Assembly: GCA_053919585.1 (NCBI GenBank)
Contig: CM132786.1
Origin: Euprymna scolopes
Lineage: Eukaryota
Reading direction: 5' to 3' (one strand)
DNA: 64,000 nucleotides
The translations under genes were made by a program, and so were the position numbers. The notes beneath the pieces were generated by a model. The model was not told the DNA's origin. It did no database searches and saw nothing but the letters and a program-made list of their open reading frames with translations. Shown piece by piece: positions 51,251 to 64,000 of the stretch (position 1 is the stretch's first letter; each line of letters opens with the position of its first letter).

Positions 51251-51968
51251 ACGGATCTACGTAAAAATATCTCTTGTATCACCCACGTGAAAACAGGAAT
51301 TTACGCAATCCAGTATTAGGAATAGTGCACACATATTTTAAACATGAATAAAAGTGAACGTCTGTTTATGCCTTACGTATGTCTATAAATTCATATGAAC
51401 ACGTTGACATAAAATTTTAATTGACTATATGCATTTTTTTGGTAAAACTAACAAATTATGTAGAAATGTACGCAGTTTATATTCAACTTTCTAAAAAACA
51501 AAATCTTCACATTTAAATCTAGTTTCCAAATTTGTATATAATTTTAATTATTTAAAATTTATTTAAATTTATAGCAATTTAATTTTTTTCAAACCATATT
51601 GTTATTGACAAAATAATTGTCGACTAAATATACATGAGATCAATACGACAAATGTCGTTTAAAGATGTTTTTTTTTATTAATATATTATTTTAGGCGAGA
51701 AAACATTTTTTGGAAAAATTCATATTTTGTTTAAATTTTTGACATTTCTTCATTTGTGTGACAGCGAATTAATCGGCATATTTGCTGAATGAACTCCATA
51801 TAATTTTAATGTACGTGAAATTTGATAGGATGTATAACATGAAATGCCTTTTGAATATTATACAGATGTTGAAGGAAATATATTGAATATTGTTAGCGAT
51901 CGCGGTTTGAGCAGAATGATAAGAAAAGTATTTCTATGGTTTAAGAATAATGTTATGTTTGTTATATA

Positions 51969-52384
51969 TCAATATATATTAAATGATTTTTAGTCTACAT
52001 TTTAAATCTCACGTGTCTATTTAAATGTATGTATATGTGTGTATGTCTGCCAAAAACTTTGACAGAGGCGACGGGTTTTCACGAGATCGGTATTGTTTTG
52101 AAGCTCGGCCCATCGGACGACAAATATCGAAAAAATAGCTAAACCCAATAATTACTTCACCCTCAACTGGTACGTTTTTACGCCGGCATTTTCGACTTTC
52201 ATCCCCCCTTTTCCATTGACTAGCCTTAATTTAAACATTTGTCACTTCCGCCTTGGCGAGGAGTGCAACAGCTGTTTTCACGTACTTTTTCTCCTTCGCG
52301 GTACGTTTCGATCCTGTCTTTTTTTTTTTTTTTTTTTTTGCTTAACTCCTTCAACTATTCAGGCAAAGCCGGGTATTATGCTAG
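51969..52384 (+). mobile_element. Non-autonomous Helitron (distinct body)
   Basis: TCAATATATATTAAATG start (approximate) with a (TATG)/(TG) tract, ending GGCAAAGCCGGGTATTATGCTAG|T. Confidence 0.7.
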
Positions 52385-55300
52385 TATATCAATAAATATT
52401 AGCTCATTCAGAAAAAAACATTTTATAAACAAGCAAAATCATGCGACATCAGGTCGCCATATTGTTTAGATTTTGCTTTTTAAGAAAATCTTGGCATATT
52501 TCAAGCATGTCTTTCTCAAGTTACATGCGTAATACTAATTGTATTTCAACTCTAAATGATTTATTTAATATTTAACAAAAACACCATACAAAGATCGTTC
52601 CTAAATGAAAGTCTCCTATTTTTCCAGCAGAAAAGTGCACGAACTTTGAAGGCGGAAGTGAAACATTTAAAATTGCTTTGCCCCAGACTTTATTTTGACA
52701 TATAATCACCATTCTCTATGCTATTTTTCCAGGAATTTAATAATGCGTTTCTGCTTTTGATGCACGTCCATGAAACGTGTTGCTTTCTAAGCCTCACACC
52801 GTCAATATCTGCATCGGGAAGATGAAACATTTAGGCCATAAATTCATGATTTCAGTTACCATAATAATAAAATTGGCAGTCTCCTCTAATCAATTCAGAC
52901 TGCAAAAAATATAGAAAGCCTACGTTTTGTACAGTCTATTTCTTAGATCATGATTTTATTCTTATAATTATTCTCTCGTTTTACTCTAATCGCGATTTTT
53001 TGACACTTGCCAACATAATTCAATATTATCAAAAATAATATATGCTAAATACTTTTAGATTAAACCCCTTATGTTAGAAAGAAATGAATATCAGGTGTTA
53101 TACATTAACCTTGCAAGTTCGTTTATAACAGAAACGGGGTATTAGGTTATCTTGGAATTTATCTTTTGCGGCAGGTAGAGTGCTTCATATTGCTTTTTTT
53201 AAGTTTACAATATTGATTGCTTGCAATTTGGAATCTTGTATTATGGATTTTCAACAGAACTATTGATATTTATTTCTTTACTTTTTGTCATCTCATGTGT
53301 TTTTCTCTTTTATACCCAGCCGATATTTACTGCAGTGTGAGCATAGAATACATCAATAGCTTTTTAGTGAGACGTCACTTTCGACAGCTGCAAGATGCCT
53401 TGTTTCCTCTACGCATGCGTAGGTGGAAGTGATAGAAGCTCGATACACGAATTAAATGATTGGGGTGCAACGGTGAGGAAAGAAAGGAAAGAGGTGATAC
53501 TGACAAGACATCGTACTTTAAAATACGAACGCCCACAGTTGCACGCGAACTTGAAATATTATGAGAAGCAGCACTTAATGCTTTTATTTTGTTATGCAAT
53601 CATATATCCAATACGTTTATTGTATCAGCAAAAATGTAATAAAGCTCGAATGAGAAACCGCTAGATTGAGTCAATGAACGGGCCTCGAGAAAAAGACTAC
53701 AGATTGAGCGTGGCTGATTGTCTGATTCGGCCAATGGCACGTATGAAGTTCGAAATTTAAAGATGTGGAAGTTCTGAGACAAAGGGTGCGTATATCAGTG
53801 CACGTGTTAATTGCCTGGGATGAAACCACTTAATAAAGTGAGTTAATAATGTCAATTCTATGTTAAAAATAGCAAACAGATAATACATGAATAATATATT
53901 CCAACAAAACAAATAGCAATTTATCGCATTTGTCAAGAATACCCCTCATGAAATGTACTGACAAATGAAAAAAAAGGGAATCAATGGTCAAGAGGCTGCT
54001 GCAATTGAACAAAATGTCAACTGTCATCTTTGCTCACATTTTAAAGACCTACGACTGCTTTTTCAACGTTTCTCAACGTTTCATCCGGGTGTCCAGGTGT
54101 TTTTATGATGCATATCGAATTAAATTGTAAACTCGCGGATGCGGGTATACAAATGCATTAGAAGTGAGGGTAACGATAGGGTGTGAATAGACTATGAGAA
54201 AGAAGACAAAAATCTCGAGTAAGACGAGATAACAATCGTAAAAAACAACAACTTTATATTAATATACCACTGGGCTTAATAATAACATGGCTAAATATTT
54301 ATTGTTTTATTCGGATTTCTGCCTTATTGTTTGATACTCATTTAACCAGCTTCTTTGTTTTGTTGTTGAATTGTTTCCCCCTATTCTTTCTATTCGTTAA
54401 TCATGTATACACGGTAGAGACCATGCTATGTTCGAGATAATCTATACTCCTGTGAATTGTGTGTGTTTTTGTGTATTGATATTCATATTAAACACCCTTT
54501 TTCTATTTATTTTAAAAGAAAATACAACTTTCTTATACATGATGTAATTATCACTAATCCAAAGATAAATTGCAAAAGTAATAAAACTACACGAACTCAT
54601 TAAAAATGTAGACATCCTAAAAACTCGAATGAATACTCTAACAAAATAATTTCATGAATTGCGTAAAACTTTAAAATAGAGTAATTTCACGCTAAATTTT
54701 TATTTGAAATATATCCTCAATCTTAACTTTTAATGCTGTTCGCTTGTTATCGCCTAAAGTGTGTGACCTGCTTATGGTATAGACGGGGTAATATAGCTGA
54801 TAGGTTAATATCTTCTGTTTTATCTTAAGAACTTTCACATTTTTCTTTATATTTCTGTTTTGCCTTCTACTTTCCTGCATATTTCCTACTTTGAATCTTC
54901 TATGAACCAATTATTTTATAATATAACTTAATATATATTCGGTAATTCGTGAAGAATTCTTTTGATGTATAGCATCAAATATTGAAATGTCACAATGGGT
55001 TTATTTTAGTGTATTTTTTGCATATTGCCATTCCCTTGTACAATTTGTCTGATTTTCTTTTTGTAAGAAAGAAACTTTTTAATTTAGAAACATGCCTGTA
55101 CTTGCATCGATTTATGCCGGAAGTGGTCTACACTGCCATCCACAATGTTACTGCAACATCAGAGTGTCCAAGCTAAAATACATTAAAAAATGCGATTGTT
55201 TTTTTTGTTCATTCTCTTTTACAAAACTGAATAGAGTTCTGCAAAATCCTAAACTAAACTAATTTTCCTCTACAAAACGACAAACCAAACCAAACCAAAC

Positions 55301-57158
55301 CAACACCATGATTAAATATTTGAAGATATATAAGAACTTGAAGCATAACTAACTTTTACCAAAATTATCAGATACAACTTTAAATATCCTGAAAACCTTG
55401 ACAGGTTGTAAAACAAATCGGCTCAACTAAACACAATACATATTTGAACATATAAACATCTTAAATTATTAAAACCTTTACCAAGATAAGAGGGTTCGGT
55501 ATTCAATAACCTGAACAGAATTGATATGCCAGAAACAAGGTTTACAGTATATTTCCACTCATCGCACTCTTTCACCAATTTGTAGAACTCTGTGATAATT
55601 TTTCTCTTTTATTTGTCTAACTTTGTGAGGGCTAGACATTGTGTCGAGATCTGTTTTCATCGTTACAAGCGAGGGTTTAAGTTAACCGTCCTTATGCTTT
55701 CATGTTCAGAAATACTATTCTACGTATGAATTAACTTTCATCACATCGCTCAGCTCGACTAAGTAAACAACCTAAAGACAACATGTGTGTAGCAACGCTG
55801 GACTTGGGCATTAGAGTTTGTCTCTAGTAGTAAGCTCTTGGGCAGTCGACGGAAACATGATGTATATATATATGCCTTCAATTCATATAAACAAAGCTTT
55901 AATCAGACAGTTAAAACGTTTACTTAAGATATGCTAACAAAAACACTGCAGAAATCGAGTGCAGAACTAAAAACTTTAAACTATGAGTATTTTAGTTCGA
56001 ATAGCAATGAATAACATTTGTTATTCTTTGTCTCCTTTATTTCGTTCAGTCATAGTATTTACGACTGTGTGCACCAGACTTTTCTTCTTTATAATTAAGT
56101 TGTATAATATTGCAAGTGGGAGCTAAAACCCTAAGAATAAAGTTTAAATTTCATTATTCTATTTTTTTAGATGAGGATTGATAATTTTGATTTTTGGAGC
56201 TACTGTTCTCACCATAGTTGTCATTCCGATAACAGTTCCATCGATATACTAACGCACTTATATATGCGTACAGTCGAATCTGAATATGTACAAGTATTAA
56301 ACCTGAATCTGAATAGACTTATTAAATTATACTTAAACATTAGTAGTTACGCATCTATGAAAGATTGAACATTCAAGGTTAGGAAGATCAATATGAAACT
56401 GAGTAGTATCATACAGCAGGTAAAGCGTTATGTACAGTATATATTCTTTTTATTAAATGTAGAGGGGGCTTGTTGATTCGGACAGAAACCAAACTTCGAA
56501 CAGATGCACTTCAATAACATCCGAAGTTACATTGCCTGAAACCTTCTGAAATTAAATCACAAGATGAGTACAGCTGTCAGAATAATCGAAATTATATAGG
56601 TTTTAACCTTATTGATGTTTTTACACTAAAACAATGTTTTCTCAAAACAATTTCTCGTAAAATATACATTCTGTGTTCTGTACAAAACGTGCCAACAATG
56701 GGGTATTTCTATAAAACTAAATATATCCGCGCGCCCTGGTTTAACGTGGCAAGGGTACTGTAAGGATATGTTATAACATACGAACGTACCTTGTTGACCG
56801 TCTGCCGTGTATATAGATGTGGTTATGCTTTAAAATCTAAAGTATGACCTTAGTGCTAGTTTATTTTGAATGTTCTTTAAGAATAATTAGCTAAGCAGAA
56901 AACGCGAAGTATTTAAGTGTTCTTGTGTAAATATTTTTGTAGCGATGTATATTTAGGAGTGTCAATGTTCAGTAACCTACTGGAAGGAATTACTGTAGCT
57001 TTTACAAGGTTTGAGAGTAAAAATACTTATTTTCGTAAAATATTTGCATAGCACTGGAAATGCTTGCTTTAACAAATAACGTACCAACCATTACTGTTTG
57101 TTTTCTATGACCTCTAAAAATATTCGCACGCTGCCTATCAACTGCTCTTTAATGACCA

Positions 57159-57198
<40 letters not shown>

Positions 57199-57200
<2 letters not shown>

Positions 57201-57897
57201 GAGGTGCGAGTACACATTTTACATTGGTGTAGACTCTTGAAAATTCAGGATGTAATTGCTATACATCTTATAAGATGACTGCCCAATTTTTATGATTACA
57301 GAGTCAAATTAACAGCTACACTAAAAATTGAAAAACACCTTACTAAATCCTGATTGTCACAGCTGGTGACTTTCAAAAAGGCAATCTGCACGTGATGAAA
57401 CTTAAAAATGCCTATATGCAGTACAATTCTGTTTTAAACTTGAGAAAAATGGCACAGAAACGTATCGAATGCTTCAGATTGCTCTTGGAACATCTTGCAT
57501 AAATCTAGCATCAGTTTTTGTGTGGCATAAGAGATTCAATGAAGGCAGAGACTCGAATGAATGGCTAAATAATTTCCTGGATAAGGACCGCCGTGTGTCT
57601 ATAGACAAGTGCAGTTTGATGCTAGTGAGGGGGTTGTACACACAATTATTCGCAAGATGTGAGAGATTTGTGCGAGGTTTGTCCCAAATGTCCTAAGATC
57701 AGAAAGAAAAACGTCATAAATATCAAGACAGTTTCTCACCCTCACTATGGTCCAGGCATTGCTCTCAGACTTTTACTAATTCTCTAACGGTACAAAAAGT
57801 GCATTGCAGCCGGAGGAGATTATTCTGAAAAGGCTCTTGAGTTACATGTGTGTACTATCAATAAAATAACCATACGCAAAAGTCTAGAAAACGATAT
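57199..57897 (+). mobile_element. Internally deleted mariner transposon relic
   Basis: YAVQFCFKLEKNGTETYRMLQIALGTSCINLASVFVWHKRFNEGR (mariner HTH), DKDRRVSI, CARFVPNVL (WVPHEL linker) and C-terminal RYKKCIAAGGDY. The DDD domain is missing. Confidence 0.88.
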
Positions 57898-57902
57898 ATG
57901 TA

Positions 57903-58172
57903 GTTGGTTGGTTGTTTTTGTTTTACGGCATATCAACCTTTTTCAGGTTATTTAATGCCGAATCTAGTTATTTTGAGGAACGATTTTTAATGGAGTATAT
58001 TTTTTTTTAAGTCAGATTCTATACAGCCCATAGTTGGGACCCTAACAGATACTTCCACTCCGGGTTAGAGTGGACCTGGGAGCAATGGCAATTAAAGGGT
58101 GGCTCCACACTCCCCAAGGCCCGCAAGGTGGGGCCTCACCATCGGATATAGTTTTAGGTCATATCCAAGACC
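57903..58172 (-). mobile_element. 5'-truncated SINE with conserved core and (AACC)n tail
   Basis: Minus strand TTGCCATTGCTCCCAGGTCCACTCTAACCCGGAGTGG...TGTTAGGGTCCCA resembles a Nin/Deu-type SINE domain (recalled, not verified), with tail ...GCCGTAAAAC..CAACCAACCAA. Confidence 0.65.
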
Positions 58173-58810
58173 GTTATATATGTAGATTTATACATCTATT
58201 ATTATATGACCAATAACTGTGTGTAAGAGCTTGTTTTCTATGTACTTGTACGGCTTGGCGGATTTTAATTAATTCATCCAAATATACTATATCTTTAAGG
58301 CAGTGTTCTTAGATAGTATATTCGGATTACATCTGATAACTATAAGAAATCGGTAATTGGAAGTCCGATCTTGATCAACAGAAACCCTGATATTACATGT
58401 AAATTTTAGAACTTTTATGACCGGACAATGAGCAGGGCTCGGCGAATAAAATATACAGTAAAATAATTGATAAGCTATGAGGTGCGCTCGAAATGAATAG
58501 GCATAGAGCATAATTCAAATGTAATACTTAACATTTACATTTAACACTTCAAACCATGATATAAAAATAATTTTATAAAGTCATCCGTAAGTTCTCCGCA
58601 GTACAATGTGTTCTTCATCAAGTCCTTGCGCTGAGTCATGTGTAGATTCCTCTCGATGCGCTGCAATGGGTCCATGACTAGAGCATGCAATCAATTTGAT
58701 TAAAAATAAGCGACTTCACATAGTTCAATAGCATTACAAAAACTTGAAAGTGAAACATTCGTTGATCCTAACTTAAGGACGAGTTGAGTGTCCCTGCTCG
58801 TGTAATATAT

Positions 58811-58864
<54 letters not shown>

Positions 58865-58866
<2 letters not shown>

Positions 58867-59397
58867 TTCATTGAAGAACAGAGACAACTCTTGTTTGTTT
58901 CCTTTACAATCCGTTTTTTTTCTTTTTGGCTGCCTAGTGTCCGAACATTCTATATGAGTGTAAAAAAAAAAATGCTGTATTCGCGAACGTTTTCGACCTC
59001 CATTTGTTGTCCTCAGGCGAGTGATAAAAATAATAAAGGATAAAAAATTAAATACTGAGCTGAATGGAAAGACGATTAAAATCGTTTACAATACTTAAAA
59101 GCATTTAAGCGTACCATCCATATAATATTGAGCCTGGTTACTGGTTGACTTTAATACGAATTAACAAGGCATAAAGCATTGGGAGGCGTACATCCGTGAG
59201 ACAGCGTTTTTATTATTATGTCTCGAAATTCCGTGTTGGGGGTGTCATGTGCTGTGAGATGCTGATAAATGGAGCTATAATGGGAAGAAAGATGATTTGT
59301 TAATCGACGAGAGATGTTGGGTCAAGACATGCTAATGTACGTGTTATTGGATTGTAAGAGAAAACAAACAAGAATTGTCTCTACTCCTCAATTAAAC
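58865..59397 (-). mobile_element. Penelope-like element relic: GIY-YIG C-terminus + hammerhead-bearing pLTR + inverted tail
   Basis: Minus strand NNTYISMS*PNISRRLTNHLSSHYSSIYQHL...LPMLYALLIR (YIGxT, RRL..H and LEALLI-like motifs). There is a ~50-bp inverted repeat at 58865-58912 / 59349-59397. Confidence 0.78.
58981..59020 (-). ncRNA. Minimal type-I hammerhead ribozyme motif in the Penelope pLTR
   Basis: TCGC-CTGAGGA-CAACAAATGGAGGTC-GAAA-ACGT-TC-GCGA: intact cores, stem I TCGC/GCGA, palindromic AACGTT stem III, decayed stem II. Confidence 0.7.
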
Positions 59398-59429
59398 GTG
59401 CATAAAGGAGAAAATACTACCCAAGTATA

Positions 59430-59475
<46 letters not shown>

Positions 59476-59994
59476 ACAATGTGTGTAATTTTCTTACATC
59501 ACGAATATATTAAGGAGTAATAAAAGGAGAGGGCGACACCATGCCTATGTTGAGTAGACGTGTGCAAACGTGTAGTTCCTTCGACAAACTCGAGGGTTTA
59601 ACATCTACTCGGAAACAACAATTTTAAATGAAGTAAAATGATCAATTTAATAGTTCATCTGTAATACTATTCGCATATATCATCAATTATATTTTGAACA
59701 TAATTCCGTTTTGACATAAATATCTATGTAACGAATAGATATATAATTATGTGACAGAACAAAACTGCTGGAGATAGCTTGATATACGCCTCTTATAAGC
59801 ATTTGTCCAGTATTTCTATGCCATAGATATGTGGAGGATTTACTTCTATTACACTTAACCGATCATTAAAGTGTTTCTTTTTAATGTGAGTTAGAAAAGT
59901 AAATGTTTGAATTGAAATTACTACTCATGGGAAAAGTAACGCGTTAGAAAATTATTCTCGGAAAATAATTTATGTTCATATTTTTGTCAAACAC

Positions 59995-60159
59995 NNNNNN
60001 NNNNNNNNNNNNNNNNNNNNNNNNNNNNNNNNNNNNNNNNNNNNNNNNNNNNNNNNNNNNNNNNNNNNNNNNNNNNNNNNNNNNNNNNNNNNNNNNNNNN
60101 NNNNNNNNNNNNNNNNNNNNNNNNNNNNNNNNNNNNNNNNNNNNNNNNNNNNNNNNNNN
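59995..60159. other. Assembly gap
   Basis: Run of N. Confidence 1.
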
Positions 60160-61024
60160 TAACCGTTGTCTTTATTGCTTTTTTCTATTTTTATCACAGA
60201 AAATTCAGGTTCAGATATTTGTCAATTTTGGTGCAACTGTTTAAAAAATTATGGTGTAATTACCAAATAACTAAGAAACTAATGTTTACCCGGTAACACT
60301 TATTAATATTTATAAAAATAGAATAATATATATATATATATATATATATACTTCACTTTTACAGCATTATACAATCTGTAATCTGAATGCATATCAAAAT
60401 TAGTTTTATCTCGAACGGGAAAATTGAATGTTTCTGAATTATTACGATGAGAAATATTAATATAAATTTTAATTTTACAGACTGCTGTTAACATATTGCA
60501 TGTTATTCTCACAAGTCCTCGGCAAATGTAACCTCCTACTTCAGGTGTATCTTTTAAATTACTGTTATTGCTGAATGATGGAATGAATAAGAGTTATAAT
60601 AAACTATTCTTTTCATCATTCACCAAAACAAAAAAGCAGTTGTCTAGACAAACCAAAAGAACATTAGTAGTTACAGCGACGGAAACGCTGAAGTAATTAT
60701 ACTTAAGAGGAAAACATTCGTGTAACACTCTAAACAATGAATGGAAAAAATACAATTTAAAACAACAGACTGTGCATGAACCAAAATTGAAATCCAAAAG
60801 TAGTAATTGTTCAAATCAAGAAAAAAGTAAAATTAGCTCCGTATGTCCCAAAAGGTCACACATTGTCTATTATAATGCTACGCTTGATATTGCTTATTAT
60901 TTATTTGTTTATTTATGTTTTATTTTGTAATTGCGAAGTAATTTCGCCGATTCATTAACTGCCTAAAAAGAAAATATATATTAAATAGAAAATAGATTAG
61001 TCGAAATTATTATTACTTCTTTCA

Positions 61025-61105
61025 GCGCTTGTTGGAAAGACATGCACCCAGTTCTGGACACGTATGGACGCGCTGATCGAGGCTGATGGCTGCTACATTT
61101 AATAG
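61025..61105 (+). mobile_element. Tc1/mariner-type transposase C-terminal scrap
   Basis: KTCTQFWTRMDALIEADGCYI** resembles the AC..F..R.EAVIEA.G..IE end of Tc1/mariner transposases. Confidence 0.45.
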
Positions 61106-61246
61106 AGATCAGCTCTATTACATAATAAAGAACCTTGCTAAGACTATATTACGAGCCAACATGGTGGTTGTAGTAAAAACAAAGTAACACGCTATCACAA
61201 AGAAAAAGGGTAGAGTAGTGATGCTTCTTTATTTCTCGAGAAACGT

Positions 61247-61341
61247 AGATTAATCGTAGATACTAAAAGATTAATCGCAGATACTAAAAGATTAATCGTA
61301 GATACTAAAAGAAACGCTGTCACATTTCTTTTAGTATCTAC
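61247..61341. repeat. 3x 21-bp minisatellite plus 17-bp inverted copy
   Basis: AGATTAATCGTAGATACTAAA x3. GTAGATACTAAAAGAAA (61298-61314) is inverted at 61325-61341. Confidence 0.92.
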
Positions 61342-63164
61342 ATAAAATATGCTTGGAATAATATCAAAGTGTATTATAAAATATTAAAGATTATTTCACA
61401 GGTCCTTTAGTTTTCTCTTATGTAGCTTTATATTTTTGATATGATTCTTCTTTGGGTGTGACTTTTGTATTTCCATTTCATATGTGTTCCTAATTATTGA
61501 TAAATGTTGCGCATAAGTTTGACATTAACACTAATGATATAATTACCATTTGTTATTTACGTGATTTGCTGCAATACGACACACTGTACAAGTTATAGCG
61601 ACACCTGACCAAACAAAAATTTATAATGAGTGAAGAAACGACTTCCAAAATGTCATTGATTTCAAATTTCGGTCAATACGAAAATATATGTTGTATTGAA
61701 GTTATTTAGGAAAGACTGTTTGGTTAAAGTATTATGCTGTATCCACTTTCTTTATTATTTTCAAACGTTATAGATTTTCTATACGATTTGTGAAATATGT
61801 CTAATTGAACATAAAATGGACACTATATGAAAGATATGTATTTTACGGAAGATATATCTTAGCTAATTCTGCCACTGAAAAGAGGAATATAAAACTATCC
61901 AGACTAACCATATTAATCAACATTTAAGAGTTCAGAAACTCCCGAAGAGAAGTCCACTTAAGCTCACATGTTGAAGATACCATACTATTTCTACGATAAG
62001 ACAAGTAAACTAGCACTCTGACTTATAATTTAATAAATACAACGATTTAATTTGTGCATTAACTCTTTATTGCAACGTATTAACTTGTTTATTTTTCTTA
62101 TTAAAAACTACCATGGAATGCAACATGTTTGATAATGAAATAAGTTGAAAATGTGATATTTAAATTCAATTCGGCGAAATTTATGTATTAAGACTAAGTG
62201 AGTATTTCATGTAAGTCTTCAGATGCAGTTCCAAAGAAAAATCATTCAATTGTTTCCAAAGTGTGATGGAAACATAATCAATTTTAGTTCTTTGGTCTAT
62301 TTACCTTTCTAGCTACTAATCTATGTAATTGTTTCCTGATTGTTTATTTTTATCTGTAAATTATTGGTCGATGGAATTAACTTTATTAATCGCTGTAATA
62401 ATTCATAATCCGTTAGTATAACGCATCATTCTTCAAGCTTTACTCAAGAGTAACTGAGATTAGACGGCACATATTGTTTCATTTGGCAGCATTTGACATT
62501 TGATGGCGGGTCTTGTATCGAAATACAATTATCCCCGGTCAGCTTCACATTACATGGAAAGCTATTTCCAGTTGACCTTTCATGCATTCAAAATATGTCT
62601 ATTAAATCTTGTTCACTTTCATTGTTTAGATTACTATCGTCACTCTGGTAATTATGTCCACAACTTTGGAGATGTGAGGTAATAAGCTACTAATTGAAAA
62701 TCTCATGATTGTTTAAAACAGGTCCCAACTACTGGTGATAATGACAATGAAGCAAAAATAGTATTAATCTCCGTTAATAATTGATGGAGCAATTTATACC
62801 GTGGACGAAACATGGATTTCCGTTGGAAATGATTCATGCATTCTCAAGTTCAACTATTAAGTTCCGAAGTTCGAGAAATGAACGGAAGGAAGTATGAGGT
62901 TTACTCGGAGGGAAATGGATTTAATATATCACTAAGAGTAAGAAAAGTATTCTGTTTGTTTGCAATCGTCCGTCTCGGGAGACGATATTGGAGAAGTGGG
63001 GTTACATAGCCTGGGCAGGGTGATATGAGAGGATAGCTGTTGCCCTTTTAGCAGTTCGCTTCTTCTCGAAGCTAGAAGATCGCCTTAAATACTATATTTT
63101 CGGATATTCTGTGGAGGTTTATTTCCTAAGCTTTTGTTTTTTTTTTTTTATGGAGTAATCATGC

Positions 63165-63240
63165 AAGGCAACGGGGTTTTGAATCAAACTTACCTTCTCC
63201 TAGGATAGCTTCTATCTAAAGTTGACGAGCCCCACTAGCT
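63165..63240 (-). mobile_element. Possible RTE-type LINE 5' UTR scrap
   Basis: Minus strand ATCCTAGGAGAAGGTAAGTTTGATTCAAAACC resembles the CTAGGAGAAGGAAAACTCTGA.TTCAAACC motif I recall from RTE 5' regions. Confidence 0.35.
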
Positions 63241-63269
63241 TGAAGTGATCGGTTTTAAATTTCCAGATG

Positions 63270-63999
63270 AACAAATGAAGCATGCATGGTCCCCCATGAA
63301 TGCACAGTGAACAAAGCATTAAAAAGTGACTATGTTCAGCGTTTACCTCCCCCTCCGCTCTTTTAGCGCCCAATGTCCGCAAGGGACGTCAAATCCTGGT
63401 GAAAATGAACAAACGGTGAAGTTTTCGGCTTTAACATATGTTAATTTGAGTTCTTCGCCATGCAACAAAAGAAATGACTAATCCACCATTTTACCCCGCC
63501 ATTTAGCCCCAGAAGTCTCCAAGGCCTTAACATATTTAAATTTGAGTTCAGCACTATGCAGAACTGCAGAATAGACATGTACAGAAAATTTTGGACGAAT
63601 ATGGTAAAATAGTCCCCAAAATGGGGTGTTTTTATTAGCCCTAAAAGAGCTCCTTGTGCACACCCAAGAGTTATCGCGAAGTATAGACAAAGAAAATGAT
63701 ATAGAAATCAGTTAGTTAACAATTTTCAGAAAGTTTTATAGATATCCAAGGAATCAATTTTTATTAATAAGCACAAAAGTGTCAATTGTAGCCATTTTAA
63801 TCAGAAATGCACTCCTTGGGGAGGCAAGCAGAATTTTCCCAGAAAATCCGTTCTGTTACTTTTTTTACTCATATCATGTTTAATGTGTATGAAAAATTAA
63901 ACAAAAGTCCAATACGTTGTTATTGAAAATTCGGACAATCGGACGCACTAACAAGGGTGAATTTACAGATTATCCCTCCTTTGTTCGGAGACCAAAAAA
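63270..63999 (-). mobile_element. HINE family 2, near full-length copy
   Basis: Minus strand starts TTTTTTGGTCTCC, has GTCCG repeats, and ends GGGGACCA-TGCATGC..TTGTT (subTIR plus short palindrome). Homologous to 49800-50445. Confidence 0.75.
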
Positions 64000-64000
64000 C

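Noticed and set aside
62770-62860. IYTVDETWI resembling a Tc1/mariner catalytic motif
   Set aside because: Isolated motif with no other transposase motifs or TIRs nearby

Overview
AT-rich eukaryotic (invertebrate-like) draft scaffold with two N gaps (2146-2274, 59995-60159) and about 20 (TA)n microsatellites. I see no intact protein-coding gene, rRNA, CRISPR array or prokaryotic system, and most listed ORFs are spurious or TE debris. The window reads as intergenic or intronic DNA densely filled with transposon remnants. These include about 11 non-autonomous Helitrons, 3 Helentron-type HINEs, 7 3'-fragments of a CR1/L2-group LINE, R4/Dong-like and RTE LINE fragments, mariner/Tc1 relics, several MITE families, tRNA-derived SINEs or pseudogenes and a Penelope-like (GIY-YIG) relic. 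The most interesting signal is a set of minimal type-I hammerhead ribozyme motifs. Three of them sit in a small repeat family that fuses a tRNA-Ser(GCU)-like Pol III head to a hammerhead with a palindromic stem III, and one copy has a Penelope-style inverted tail, suggesting a SINE/retrozyme hybrid. Everything was read by eye, so coordinates may be off by a few nt and family names need a Dfam/Repbase/Rfam check.
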